Virus record (IMG/VR): IMGVR_UViG_3300026488_000021
Location: 1 to 64,000 of that record
DNA from: a virus
Length of the DNA stretch: 64,000 bases
Reading direction: 5' to 3' (one strand)
The notes beneath the pieces are model-generated. The model was not told the DNA's origin. It was given only the letters and a program-made list of their open reading frames with translations, and did no database searches. Positions 1-12,473 of this stretch are shown piece after piece. Both the position numbers and the translations under genes were made by a program. Numbering within the stretch: the first letter of the stretch is position 1; each line of letters starts with the position of its first letter.

Positions 1-885
1 TAAAGCTTCGTGCTGTCCTTCTATCAACTCTTCTACTCATTGTTCTGGTCGTGTAATATAGCCTGCATAAAATAAAACTTTTTTGTAATTTAGTAAATAA
101 TCTGTAAAGCTTCTGTAAAGTTTCTTACCATGATGTTTTATTCATTTAGAATTAAGATAATCTATAATATCTTTTTTGTATTCTAGCTGTCAGTTTGCAA
201 ACATTTCTAAAGCTTGTTTTAAGTAAGTTGCTTCTGGTTCTTTGATTAGCAAAATTTTCTGGTCTTTTCATCCAATTTTTACATAATCTTTTTTGTATCA
301 TAAAGGTGCATCAGGCCAAGGATAGTAGCCTTGTAAAATCTTACTTTTAATTCAGTTCATAGTTCTAGCTTTAATTTTTGTTCTTTCATAACTTGCAACT
401 AAGTATTGGAAATTTTGGATAAATTTACCTTCATCAGTAGTAGTATCTGTTGGGTGCATAGTGTAAATAATTTTTGCACCAGTGGATTTTATTTTTTGAT
501 CTACTTCAAGAGTATCGATTAAGTTCTCACTTCTAGAAATTCTTGAAGCTTCAGTTGTAATAAAATATTTAATTTTAACTCACTTTTTATTTTCTTTTTC
601 TAGGAAATTTAAAGCATCAGATAAGCCTTTTCTTTCAAGTTTAGCACCAGAAATTCACTCATCTTTAAAAATTTTGACAACTTCTACATTGTTATTTAAA
701 GCTCGTTGCTGGCACATTTGAATTTGGCTTTCAATTCCGTGTCAATGCTTTGCTTGGTCTTCTGTAGAAACTCTAGCATAGATAATCCCATAAGTCTTAT
801 CTGGTGAATATTTATTATCGTCAGAAACAAGTCTTAAATTATCTAAATCTAACTTGAAATTTTGTTTTTTCTTGTTATTATTCAT
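1..885 (-). CDS. Large serine recombinase/integrase (3' end runs off the window)
   Basis: ATG at 885. Reads ...GIIYARVSTEDQAKH(TGA=G)HGIESQ...KDE(TGA=G)ISGAKLERKGL... (catalytic YARVS motif), then recombinase-domain FYAGYIT(CGA)PEQGVEELIEGQHEAL. Confidence 0.9.
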
Positions 886-1237
886 TGTGCTTAGTAATTA
901 AAAACTAAAAAACCATAGAACCTTTTGCACGGGGGTTCTTTTTTTTTACTAAAAAAACAATAAACAAAAAAAAGTAAATCTCAAACAAAAATAGTTCGGA
1001 CTAAATTTTAAAATTTTCATCGCAAAATTTTTGCCAGTGAATCTCCAAAGTGATTTCTGCTATTTGGTATAAAATTTCTAAAATAGTCTTGATTTCTTCT
1101 TCTGTGTATCAAGCTTGTTGTAGAATTTTAAAAGCCTTTTGGATTGTATTTTTGTTTAGATTTTCGTATAACATTTTAAAAAATCAGGAAATAACTTAAT
1201 TTTAGGAAAAATTTGGTTTTTGTGTCAAATTTAATGC

Positions 1238-1265
1238 TTGACTGAAAAGAAATAAAATTTATAAA
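1238..1265 (+). promoter_or_regulatory. sigma70-like promoter for the TA operon (TTGACT-16-TATAAA)
   Basis: Hexamers read directly upstream of ATG 1302. Confidence 0.45.
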
Positions 1266-1301
1266 TTGAGTAGTAAAAATTTAAATTGTAACTTTCTAAA
1301 A

Positions 1302-1790
1302 ATGGCAAAAAATGCTATGGATGTTGTAAAAGCTATCATTTTTAATTACATAAAAAAACAAGAGGAAAATAATATCCCTAAGGACCAATATGAATATCCA
1401 ACTCAATTGAAAATACAAAAGTTATTGTATTTTGCTCAAGCAGCATTTTTGAGTTTATTGAATAAGCCTGCTTTTAAAGAGGAAATAGAAGCTTGGCAGT
1501 ATTGACCTGTTGTAAGAGAAGTTTATAATGAACTAAAAAAATTTTGAAATAATCCTGTTAAATTTGACTCAGCTGATCTAAAAAAAGCTTATTCTAAGTT
1601 TTCAGATAAAGAAAAGGATATTATAAGTTTTATAAATGATACTTTTTGAAAATATTCTGCTTCTAAACTTGTGGAGATAACTCATAAGCATAAACCTTGG
1701 AAGGAAGCTTTTGAAAGAGATGAAACAGTTATTTCTAAGTCTACATTACAAAAATATTATAAGCCTTTATTTGAATTTGATCTAAAATAA
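1302..1790 (+). CDS. Panacea-domain (DUF4065/SocA-like) antitoxin
   Basis: TQLKIQKLLYFAQ...IEAWQY(TGA=G)PVV...KYSASKLVEITH..KPW hallmark motifs; 162 aa with TGA=Gly. Confidence 0.88.
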
Positions 1791-2236
1791 TGGGGTTTAG
1801 ATATAACGAGGAAATAGATTTTCCAAAAATTGTTGAGAATCCAGAGGAGAAAGTTGTAATAAGTTTAATTTGTTTAGCAGATGATTGAAAAAGTTTCTCG
1901 AAACAAAATGCAAATACAATAAAGGATTTTGTTAATTGGATAAGAAAACTTGAAGATATTACAGTTCAAGAATTTGTAAGTAGAAGTAGGGAGAAATGAT
2001 GATTTATAAAGGAACAAGAGAAACAACCAAATTATAAGTTTTTAAAATGATTAAGTAAAACCTTTAAAAATCATAAAATAAGGACTGTTGAAATCCAATG
2101 TTATAAGAATTCGAATTATTGACATTGTCATGTAGATAATAACAAATCCGGAAAACTTATAAGAGTTTTTGGAATATTAGTGTCGAATAAATTCTGTATT
2201 CTTGAGATAGATTGGAATTGAAAGAGAAATCATTAG
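1790..2236 (+). CDS. Putative cognate toxin (RelE-like RNase fold suspected)
   Basis: Translationally coupled (TAATG) to the Panacea gene; C-terminal HCHV...RVFGIL..NKFCILEIDWNG..NH pattern resembles RelE-like toxins. Confidence 0.55.
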
Positions 2237-2259
2237 CTGGTTTTTCCAGCTTTTTTTTT
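2235..2259 (+). terminator. Intrinsic terminator after TA pair
   Basis: AGCTGG-TTTTT-CCAGCT followed by a T run. Confidence 0.75.
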
Positions 2260-2352
2260 GAAAATTTTTTAAAGAATAATTCGAACTATTTTTACTTGAC
2301 TTTACTACTTTATTTTACTACTATTCTTATAATTTATTCTAGTTCGTAGAAT

Positions 2353-2865
2353 ATGAGAAAAAGAAAACTTTCTAAAAGAACTACAAAGAAAGAAAAAGTT
2401 GTAAGATATGATTGGGGAAGACTTTTTCAGGAATTTTTGTTTTCTGAATTTGTTTCAGTAAAAGATTTTTTGGTTTCTAAATGAATTTTAAAAGAAGATC
2501 AAAGACTTTCAGGAAATATGCAAACAAAAACAAAATGATGGGCTGAAGAAAAAAAGAAATTTTGGCAAGAAAAACTGGAAAATTTCGAACTAGATGAAAA
2601 ACAAAAACAAAAGTTTGGAATGGCTATTTATCAAGGTGTAGATGTTTTTGCAGAAATGCTAATTTATTATGCAAAAAAGCAAAGAGAAAAAATCAAAAAG
2701 TGAGATAAAGGAATTTATGTTAAGGAATTGGTGCAGTTTGGTAAATTATTAGAACATTTCCATAAAATCCCTTTGTGAACAGAAAACGATAATCAACAAG
2801 AAATTAAAGTAGAAAATCAAATATCTCTTAAAGACTTTTTACAAGAAATGAAGAAAAATGACTAA
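2353..2865 (+). CDS. Putative terminase small subunit (module 1)
   Basis: 170 aa, first gene of the packaging operon; basic N-terminus, YDW..LF.EF...GN..TKTKGW. Assignment mainly positional. Confidence 0.45.
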
Positions 2866-3289
2866 ATGAAGAAAAACTGTTAGAACAGCTTATAATCCTT
2901 ATAGAGAACTTTATAATTTTGTCTTTAAACTTATCTATTGCTTTGATTTAAAAAAATTTTTTAAGCAGTGAAAAATAAATATTCAATTTAAGGATAAGGT
3001 TATAAACCTTATCTATACCAAGCCGTTTGTAGAATTTTCGCAAGAAATCAGGCTAAATGCAAATAACAGAGAAGAAAAAGACAGGATAATTTATGCTATT
3101 CAAGAGTTTATTTTAAATGCCTATTACCTTTATGAACGAGATTGAAAACCTATGAAGTATAAGGATTTAGCTTGATTATTATTAGTTTCTCCACAAGCAG
3201 TAGATAACGAAATAAGACAAGAGATGCAAAAAGTAGCACAAAGAGCAAAAGAGCAATGAATTATAGTTGATTGAGTTAACACAGATTAA
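2858..3289 (+). CDS. Hypothetical protein with C-terminal HTH-like segment
   Basis: 143-aa open frame with TGA=Gly; MKYKDLAGLLLVSPQAVDNEIR resembles a sigma-region-4 type HTH. Confidence 0.5.
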
Positions 3290-3349
3290 AGAAAAGTTTA
3301 GAAAAATGAAGGTTTATCTAAAGAAAGTATTTAACTTTTTGAAAAAGAT

Positions 3350-4795
3350 ATGTATGAAAAAATAACAAAAGAGGATTTAGAATTTCTTATCCAAAACGAA
3401 GATAAAATTCCAGAAAGTTTACTACCACAGTATTTATACCGAAGGTGATTTTATGATTTTCAATTTTTCCAAGATTTTTTCTTTTCTCACTTACAAACCA
3501 TTAACTGAAAAAAAGTAAAACCTGCAAAATTTCATAAACAAATGGATAATGACTTAATGAGTGATAAAAACCTATTATGGATTATGTTTAGAATGTCTGG
3601 TAAAACAACAAAAGCCTTAATTTATATTATTTGGACTATTGTTTACAAACAAAGGTATTTTATTACTTTCTATGCTTTTGATAAGCAAAAAGCTACTGCT
3701 AAGATTTTCTGACTTGTAAGGGAGTTAGTAGAAAACCTAAAACTAAGAGCAGTCTATTGAGATATTTTCCCACAAAAGAAACTAACAAAAGACCAACTAC
3801 AAAAAAAGTCTATTGCAGAATTTATTACAACTAATTGAATTAAAGTAAAAGCACTTTGAATGTGAGAAAGCCCAAGATGAGAACTTCATATAACCGAAGA
3901 AGGTGCTTTTAGACCAGATTTGCTTTTGCTTGATGATATTGATGTTGAAAAATCTGTAAGTAATCCAAAGATTATTGACAAAAACTACCATTTTCTTAAA
4001 TCAGAAGTTTTTGGTTGATTAGGTTTTCAATCAAGAATTATTTTCTTAGGAAATATTATTAAACAAGATTGACTTGTCCCAAGATTTGAAAAAGAGTTTA
4101 AAAATAATCCTAACCGGATTGTAAGAAGACAACCTTTGATTGAAGATTGAAAAATAGTTTGGGAAGCTTTTACTTGGGAGAAAATAGAAGAACTTAGAAA
4201 AGAACAATGAGAAATAGCTTTTAATCAGAACTATTTACTTATTCCTTATGTAGACTGACAAATAATAATATGAAGAGAATATATCCAATACTATGATGTC
4301 CTACCTCCAAAACTTGAATACTATATTGGTATTGACCCTGCTATTTCCGAAAAAGAAACTTCTGATGATTTTGCTATTGTTATTTCTTGATATGATAGAA
4401 AAAGTAAAAACTACTATGTGGTGGAGGCAATAGCATTAAGATGAAAACAAAAAGAACCTTTCAAAGCAACCCAAACTATCAAGAACCTTTATCAGAAATA
4501 TAAGCCAAGATATGTGATAGTTGAAAGTGTAGCTTTCCAAAGAGTAATGGGGAAATTACTAAAAAATGAAGGTATAGCTGTAAAAGATATAAAAGCGACA
4601 AAAGATAAAATAACAAGGCTTAAAGAGAAACAATACTTGTTTGAACAACAAAGAGTTTTTTTCTCAAAAAATACGGAAGAGCTTGTAAACCAGCTAGTTA
4701 ACTTTCCAAATGTTCCACACGATGACCTTGTAGATGCTATGGTATATAGTCTAGAAGACCAAAGAAGAAGCTATGACGTGCTTTTAAGTTGATAA
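3350..4795 (+). CDS. terL: Terminase large subunit (module 1)
   Basis: Walker A FRMSGKTT, Walker B RPDLLLLDDID, IIFLGN coupling motif, nuclease IGIDPA and HDDLVDA; 481 aa. Confidence 0.92.
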
Positions 4796-4845
4796 AAACT
4801 AATAAAAAGTAAATTTATTTAGATTTATTTTACTAAAAATATTAA

Positions 4846-6228
4846 ATGCAAATCCAAATAGACCCAGCAATCCAAAAGGAAATAGAAAAAAGAAAACTTT
4901 TTGATAAGCTTTATAAAAATGATTTATCACATTTTTTAGAAGGGACTTTTAGAGAACAAATCTTTAATATTAAAAGTTTCCTTACGAAAGACCAAAGAAA
5001 AGATGAATTACTTTACATATCAGTTAACTTATCAAGCCTTATAGTTAAGAGTTTTGCTGATTTTTGTTTTTGAGACGGTCTAAAAATAGAATTATCGAAC
5101 TATCAAGAAGAATGGAAGGAAATAGAAGAAAACAACTATCTTGATAATGTATTTTATGGTGCTTTTATTAACCAGAGTAAAACTGGTTATTCTATTTTAA
5201 GAACAAGAAAAGAAAATGATGAGGTTATAATTGAAGAAATACCTTTTGACTATTATTATCCTACAATCTCTAATCTAGCACTTTGACAAGAACCAACAGA
5301 ACATACAATAGCAAGTTTTTATGTAGATGAAGATGGAAACCAAAAAGCAAATATCCAAAACTATAAACTACAAGAGAATTGAAAACGGCTTTTTACAGCT
5401 TGAACCTGAACCTTTGATTGACAGACAATAAATTTCGAAGAAATAACCTTACAAGAAGAACTAGATTTCTTACCAATTATAAGAATTGACAACCAAAAAA
5501 TAGCAGGGGAACTTTTTGGTAGAAGTGATTTAGAGGAAGTGCTAGACTTACTAGAAGAAATAAATGATAGAATAACCCAAATTTCTGTACAATTCATTAA
5601 ACACCTAAATGTAAAGATAGCTTTACCAGAAAGTATGTTAGAATGGATAGAAAGAGCAAAAGAGGAAGGAAAGATAAACTCCATTCAAGAACTTGATGTT
5701 ATTTGATTTAGTCAATGAGAACAAAAACCAGAGTTTATTGAAAATAAAAATATGCTTATAACTGATGCCTTAGATTATTTAGACAAACTTATAAAACTTA
5801 CAGCTAGTATAGTGCAAGTGCCTACAAGTTTCTTTGGTATAGAAGAGAAAGGTTGAGCTGAAAAAGTAGAAGCTTTAAGAATTAGAATGATGAGATTTCT
5901 AAAAAAAGTGGCAAGGAAACAAAGAATGTTTGAAAAAGGTTTAAAGGATTTAATAAAAAAGTCTTTAATGCTACAAGGTTATAATGTGGATAACTTAGAA
6001 ATTGATGTTAAATTCTCTGATTGAATACCTCAAACACTAGAACAGAAAGCAGAAATTTATCAAAACTTATATTTAAATTGATTAGTTTCAAAAGAAACAG
6101 CAATTAAAAAGATATTTGACCGGGATGATTTGTTTGTAAAAGAAGAATTAGCAAAGATAGAACAAGAAGACTTAGTAAATAAAGTAGTGCAATGACAAAG
6201 TATTTTACCAACTCTAAATAAACAATAA
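4846..6228 (+). CDS. Portal protein, SPP1 gp6-like (module 1)
   Basis: 460 aa directly after TerL; FGRSDLEEVLDLLEEIND and GLVSKETAIK motifs typical of this portal class. Confidence 0.8.
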
Positions 6229-6401
6229 TGGCTATTTATCAAAAAGTGAATTACAGACAAAAAATTATTGATAAGCTACCAGATACCATAGATAAGAAGA
6301 AATTTGCAAGATTGTATTTTTTAGGTTTATTCTACCTAGCTTTTGCAGTTATTATTTTACTATTTTCAATTTTATTGCCTTTTAAAATCTTATTTTTTTA
6401 G
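6228..6401 (+). CDS. Small membrane protein
   Basis: 57 aa with a hydrophobic C-terminal half; coupled to the portal stop. Confidence 0.55.
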   Translation: MAIYQKVNYRQKIIDKLPDTIDKKKFARLYFLGLFYLAFAVIILLFSILLPFKILFF

Positions 6402-7190
6402 ATGAAAGAATTAGATAAAAAGCTTTTACAATTATTTTTAGAAGCAGAAAAAGATATTTTACTTAAAGTAGAAACAGCTTTAAAGCAATGAAAGCAAATA
6501 ACAAGCTATAAAGCAGTTTTAGCTGATATACAAAATATTTTACAAAACCTTTGAGTAAATATTACAACCTGGGCTAATATAAGATTGCCTGAAAGTTATT
6601 TAGAAGGTGTAAACCTAGTAGATAAAAGTAGTGAAATCACAGATTTTCTAAAAGAAGAACATACAAAAGATGAATATGTAAATTTTATCTGAAACTATTT
6701 AGGGCAAATACATCTTGAAGCAGTAGAGAACTTAATTTCTGAAGGTATTGCTTATGCTAGCAATATTGTAGATTGAGTTTATAGAGGAGCTAGATGGAGC
6801 CTAGCAAAATGAAATGAAGTAGCAATCTTAGAAAAACTTGCAAAGTGAGAAATTGAAGGTGAAAGTTTACAAGAACTAAAACAAGAAGTGATAAAAACAC
6901 TAAAAGAAAAAGGATTGACTATAATGAAAGATAGAGGTTGAAAATCTTGGAGTTTATCTAGATATTGAGAAGTGGTAGTAAGAAGTGAGACAGCAAAAGC
7001 CTCTAATGCAGGAACTATAAATAGAGGAGTAGAAGTATGAATAACAAAATTTAAAAGAGTAGAAAAATTTGATTGCTGTGAAATATGTGCTCTACATAAT
7101 GGAGAGATTTGGGACGTAGCAAAACAAGGGCAACCACCTCTTATATATCATTCTAATTGTCGTTGATATTGGATACCTGTATTTGATTAA
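6402..7190 (+). CDS. Minor head protein, MuF/SPP1 gp7-like
   Basis: DRGGKSWSLSRYGEVVVRSETAKA...CCEIC..HNG...HSNCRG. Confidence 0.82.
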
Positions 7191-7255
7191 ACTTTTAGAT
7201 TGAAAAAAAATAAAAGTATTTAAAGTATTTTTGTTTTAAATCTTAAAATAATTAA

Positions 7256-7906
7256 ATGGAACAAAACAATTCAGTGCAAGCTGGTAGCACTGCTCAAAAC
7301 CAACCAGCAGTAGAAAACTCTGAACCAGTTAACTCTGGGACTGGGGAAGAGCAAGTAAAACAACCAGAGCAAACACAAGAACCACAAGAAGAGAAAAAAT
7401 ATAAAAACTGGATACCGCCAGAAAGATTTCAAGAGGTGATAGAACAAAAAAAGAAGTTGGAAGAAATGCTTAAACAAAAAGAAGAAATGGAACTAGCAGA
7501 GAAAGAAGAATTTAAGACTTTGTATGAAAAAGCAAAAGAGGAGTTAGAACAATATAAACCTTTAAGTGAAAAATTACAAAAATATGAAGAAGTTGTTAAA
7601 AATCTAGCAAATCAAGAGATAGAACAAGTAAAACAAGCAGTAGGTGAAGATAAATTTAATGAGCTTGTAGAATTGCTTGAACTAGATAAGTTAGAACCTT
7701 TACAATTAGTAGAGAAATTACCAAAAATTAAGAAACTTGCAGGTTTGACTAGTAAACCACAAGTAAGTTGAGGGCAACCAGTTCAAACAAATCAAACAGA
7801 TGAAAAAGCAGAATTTGAAATTTTAAAAAAGAAAGTAGCAAATCATACTGCTACTGGTGAGGAGTTGTTAAGGTATAAACAACTTATGGCAAAAATGTTT
7901 AACTAA
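7256..7906 (+). CDS. Capsid scaffolding protein (module 1)
   Basis: Acidic/Q-rich N-terminus, IPPERFQEV then coiled coil; immediately precedes the capsid gene. Confidence 0.75.
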
Positions 7907-7929
7907 ATTTAAATCTTAATTAAAAAGAA

Positions 7930-9072
7930 ATGTTTAAAATCAATGATTATCCATACTTAGCAGATAAAACAGGTGCAATTTTGCCTTTGACAGGAGGCGA
8001 TAAAACTATTTTAAATCTGTTTAGGATAGAAAAACCTATTCAATATGTATCAACCTATGAATGGTATACAACTAAGGCAAGAAGGTTAGAAGGGACAATT
8101 ACAGCAGATTGGGATGCTACAACAACAACAGGTTTAGCAATTAGTGCAGAATTAGCACAAACATTGTTTGCAAATACAATTTTAATGGTAGAAGATGAAT
8201 ATGTTAAAGTAAAAGCAGTTGATAAAACAGCAAATACTATTGATGTTTATAGAAGATGAGATTTAGGTTCAACAGCAGCAACACATTCCAATTGAACTAA
8301 AATATTTGTTATCTCAAATGCAGAAGTTGAAGGAGGAATTACAGCAGAAAATGTAATGTCAGAAAAAGTAAGATATGAAAACTTTATCCAAGAAATCACA
8401 GATAGATTGACTTTGTCTAAAAGAGCAGTTAATTCATCTTTGAAAGACTATGAAGATTTAGTTTTGGAAGAAAGGCAAGAAAAACTAGAAACTCAATTAA
8501 AGAAATTACAATTAAACTTGATTTATGGTAAACCATATAAACCAGCAGTAGGTGAAGCAGACCAATCAGCTTGGACAGCAGGTGGTGTAAAACACTATAT
8601 CACAACAGGTGGTGGTGTTATCTCAACAGGTGCACTTACACAAGACAACTTTGATGCTTTCTTAACAGAATTAGCAAATAGAGAAAGTGAAGTTGATGTT
8701 TTAATTGTAAATCCATTTGTAAAAACAAAGTTAGCAAAATTGGCTAACTATACAGAATACGTAGATGCACAACAACAAAATAAAGATGTTTATGCTGGTT
8801 ATAACTTATTAGGTTTTGTTTCAAATACTTTCAATGGTAGAATTTTGCAAGTTGTAAGCTCACCATTAGTAAAGACTAATGAAATCTTTGCAGTAAAAGC
8901 TGATTATTTGAGAGTATATCCAGTAAAAGATAGATTGACAGGAAATACTCAATTGTTCGACTTTGTAAAAGAAACAAATACATCATCAGCAGTATTGGAC
9001 GAAACTTTGAGAACTGTTTATACAACAGAAATCCAAAAACCAGATACAATGGGTATCTTTATTGTAAGCTAG
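7930..9072 (+). CDS. Major capsid protein (module 1), DUF5309/SU10-like with inserted beta domain
   Basis: The two track ORFs join through TGA into 380 aa; YEW, ENFIQEITD, AGGVKHYI motifs; follows the scaffold gene. Confidence 0.8.
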
Positions 9073-9094
9073 TTTTAAATCTTAATTTAATAAA

Positions 9095-9271
9095 ATGCTT
9101 GTAAGAATAACAAGAGAATGCCTTATTGAAGGTAAGACTTATAGAAAAGGACAGGTTGTAGAAGTAGAAAAATTTGTAGGAGTTTGTATGGAAAAAGTAG
9201 AAGACAAGAAGAAAGAAAAGGAAGAGGAAAAAAGGGAAGAAAAGAAAACAAAGAAAGGAGGTAAAAAATAA
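9095..9271 (+). CDS. Small K/E-rich head-associated protein
   Basis: 58 aa MLVRITRECLIEGKTYRKGQVVEV..., a typical post-capsid gene. Confidence 0.55.
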   Translation: MLVRITRECLIEGKTYRKGQVVEVEKFVGVCMEKVEDKKKEKEEEKREEKKTKKGGKK

Positions 9272-9286
9272 AAGCCTCCTTTTTTT
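9254..9286 (+). terminator. Intrinsic terminator closing head module 1
   Basis: AAAGGAGG...CCTCCTTT followed by a T run. Confidence 0.65.
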
Positions 9287-9345
9287 AAATTGAGAAAATG
9301 AAACTAAAATTATTATACAAGTGATTTAATTTTAAAATAAAAGCT

Positions 9346-10914
9346 ATGGCAAAAAGAAAACAACAAAATCAAAAATGAGGTGTTTTAATTCCAGTAATTA
9401 AATGAGGTTGAAACTGATGAGCTTCTTCTTTTATAGAATTAAATGATACACCTGGTTCTTTTTCTTGACAGGCAGGGAAAACGTTAAAAGTAAATGCATC
9501 AGAAGATTGATTAGAGTTTACACCTAATACAGGAACAGATGAAAAAGTATGACTTAATGCATTAGATGTACCTGGTTATTTGGAAGATAAAATAGATTGA
9601 AATACTATTAAATCAGATTGAACAAAAATATTAGTTGATTGAAGTGTATTAGATGTAAATAAAGTTGATGGCAAAGACGTTAATGACAATAAAATAGATA
9701 ATACTGCACTATGGACAGCTAAAAAGATTTGAGATGAACTTAATAAAAAAGTAGATAAAGTAGTATGAAAATGATTGTCTACAAATGATTTTACTGATGC
9801 TTATAAGAATAAATTAGACTGAATTGAAGATTGAGCTGAAAAAAATGTACAATCTGATTGGAACCAAATAGACAATACAAAAGATGATTATATAAAAAAC
9901 AAACCAGATTTATCTATTTATGAAGAAAAAGCAAACAAAGTATCATCTTGGCAAACTACACCAGACAATATTCATTATCCATCAGAAAAACTAGTTAAGG
10001 ATAATATAGACGATTTACAAAATAATAAAGCTGATAAAATCACTTCGTGAGTAGAAAATAATTTTGTTTCAATAGATAACACGTGAAACATAAAAGACAG
10101 TTGAAAGAAAGCAGATGATTTTGCAAATGCAACACATACACACAATTGGACTGATGTAAATAAAACTTGAAGTAAATTATCTGATATAGAAGATGTACCA
10201 GCTTATACAGGGAATGCAGGTAAGCTATTAGCTGTTAATAATACAGAAGACTGATTAGAATGGGTTGAGTGATGAGGTTGATGAGGTGGTTGATGATGAG
10301 GTTGATGAGGTGGTTGATGAACTATACCTAATAATCCATATGCAATATATAAACTTAATTGAGATTTAACAGACAGTAGTTGAAATTGAAGAGATTTAAC
10401 ATTGTATATTTGAACTCCAACTTATAAGACAGAGTGAGATATTACATATGTTGACACAAGAAGTAATAAAATTGCTACAAGAATGGATGGTGGTACCTTA
10501 CTAAACCAATGGACCTTTTATGTTAAATTAAGAGATGTTGGAACAAGTACTCGGCAAACCATCTTTGGTTGAGAGACTAATGATAATATTGCAGTTTCAA
10601 TATATAAAAGTAGTAATAAATATGTTATTAACTGATATAAATCTGGACACTGAACTCAATATTCCTATGCAAGTGATGTTAATGTAGATTGAAATTGGCA
10701 CAAATTAGCAATTAGTTATAACAATTGAACTATCAAAATATATATGGATTGACAATTTAAAGTCTCTAAGAGTTGAACTTTGGACTTTAATTGTAATACA
10801 TTCTTTTCTGATGAATATAATAGTGCGAATGAGCCTGCATCTTGAGAGTTTGATGATATAATTGTATACGATAGAGTATTAACAGATAGTGAAGCAAAAA
10901 GTTTAACAAGTTAA
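9346..10914 (+). CDS. Fibre/receptor-binding protein with C-terminal LamG/ConA-like domain
   Basis: 522 aa; fibre repeat modules (LNDTPGSFSGQAGK; GKGLSTNDFT..YKNKLDGIE; NVQSDWNQ), 17-Gly linker, LamG motifs DGNWHKLAISY...IYMDG...FDDIIVYDRVLT. Confidence 0.8.
10270..10320 (+). repeat. TGA/GGT codon run encoding Gly17 (24-nt unit duplicated)
   Basis: 11 TGA and 6 GGT codons in frame; unit TGATGAGGTTGATGAGGTGGTTGA at 10270 and 10294. Confidence 0.9.
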
Positions 10915-10940
10915 AATTTTATATTTTAAAAAAAATAATT

Positions 10941-11267
10941 ATGCCTAAAATTGAAGAAAATAAAGAATTGAAATATTTAATTCAAGCAGGAAATGATTTA
11001 TATCCTTGAAGATTTTTATGAGTTTTAGATTGAAAAATAATCTTGAAATGATGAGATAAAGTTGATGAAAATAAAGTAAATGAATATATAAAAAAAATTA
11101 AGAAAAAGGAAAATATTCTCTCAGTAGCAACACTAACAGACCAACTTAATTTAATTGCCTGAGTATTAGCAGAACAAATAGAGGCAAAACCAGTCAATGA
11201 AAGAACAGAGTTAGAAAAAAAATGATTAAAGATTTATAAGTCTATAATGAGGATTTTAAACCAATAA
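10941..11267 (+). CDS. Hypothetical protein (possible fibre chaperone)
   Basis: 108-aa open frame after the fibre gene. Confidence 0.55.
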
Positions 11268-11276
11268 ATTAATATT

Positions 11277-11645
11277 ATGAGGACTATAGAACAAATAGTA
11301 ACTGAAAATTGATATACAATAGAAGAATTAAAAGAATGTAAATATTGTAATTGATGTTGATGAAAGGGAGGGATTAATTTTGAATTACTTATAAAATCTC
11401 TCCCTTATTTTAAAAAAGATAAAGGTAAACAGTTATTAGAAGATTTACACTTGCTATGTAATATGCACGATATATGGTTTTATAAATGATGAAATCTTAT
11501 TGATTTTTTTGTTGTGAATCTTATATTTAGTGTATGAGTCTATAGATTGTTACATTGGACATTATTTATTGTTAGATTATTTCTCTTTGTAATATTATAT
11601 TTATTGTTAAATTTATTTGGAATAAGATATTTTAATAGGTGATAA
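11277..11645 (+). CDS. Phospholipase A2-like / DUF1353-like protein with hydrophobic C-terminus
   Basis: CNGCGG...LCNMHDIWFYKGG..D...N..F pattern (C-x-x-H-D). Confidence 0.65.
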
Positions 11646-11653
11646 GGTTAATT

Positions 11654-12259
11654 ATGGATGCGATTACAGCGTTACTTAATACAACACTATTGTATATTAA
11701 ACAAGCATTAAGTATGTTCCGGTTTAAAGTTATATTATCATTACTTGTAATTATTGCTTGATATATTCTAAACATGTATTACTCGCAACAAGTAGCAATA
11801 GATATGTTATTTATGTTTATGGTTATAGATTTTTTGTTATGATTTTGATTATCAATATATAATAAAACTACATCTAGTTTTAGGATGTGGATATGATTAG
11901 GGAAATTTATTGCATACTTTGTGGTCATATTCGTTTGATACGCCTTTGATATGATGATGTTTTGAGAACCAGTTCAATACTGAATGCACTACTTCTTTAT
12001 TGTATATCTCTGAATAACGGAATTAATTAGTATATGAGAACACTTACATACAATAGGTATTGACCTTCCGCTTATAAGAGATTTAAAGAAGATTCGTAAG
12101 GAAATGCAACACAAATCTGTTAGCGAGATTATATGAGATAAATTAGATTTTGTTTTACATCATAATTATAATAATAATGGCATTCAAAAAGGAGACTACG
12201 AGAAAAAGGGCTTCAAGGAAGACGCCAAAGAAAACATCAACAAAGACATCAAAAAATAA
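11654..12259 (+). CDS. Holin (phage holin family 4-like)
   Basis: Several TM segments; IDFLLG...SSFRM..GLGKFIAY...TELISIGEHL..IGIDLP. Confidence 0.8.
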
Positions 12260-12452
12260 AGTAGTTAAACTATGAAAGAAGACTATTAAAATTAAACACC
12301 CTTGAGCTACAGGTAATGCTTGTAGAAAAATGTGATATTCATCTTGATGTGACCCAAGATGTTTAAGTAAACTAAAAAAAAGGTGAGGTGTGTGGACCAA
12401 AAGAGCTGCACTGGCTAAATGATTATGTAAAATGAAGAAGAAAAGAAAATAA
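12177..12452 (+). CDS. Small very basic protein
   Basis: 91 aa, K/R-rich, IKHPGA...KRAALAKGL; overlaps the holin 3' end. Confidence 0.55.
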
Positions 12453-12473
12453 TTTATATTTTAACTATCTTTT

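Noticed and set aside
10270-10320. TGATGAGGT repeats as a CRISPR or microsatellite element
   Set aside because: In-frame Gly linker; no spacers. No CRISPR array was seen elsewhere in the window.
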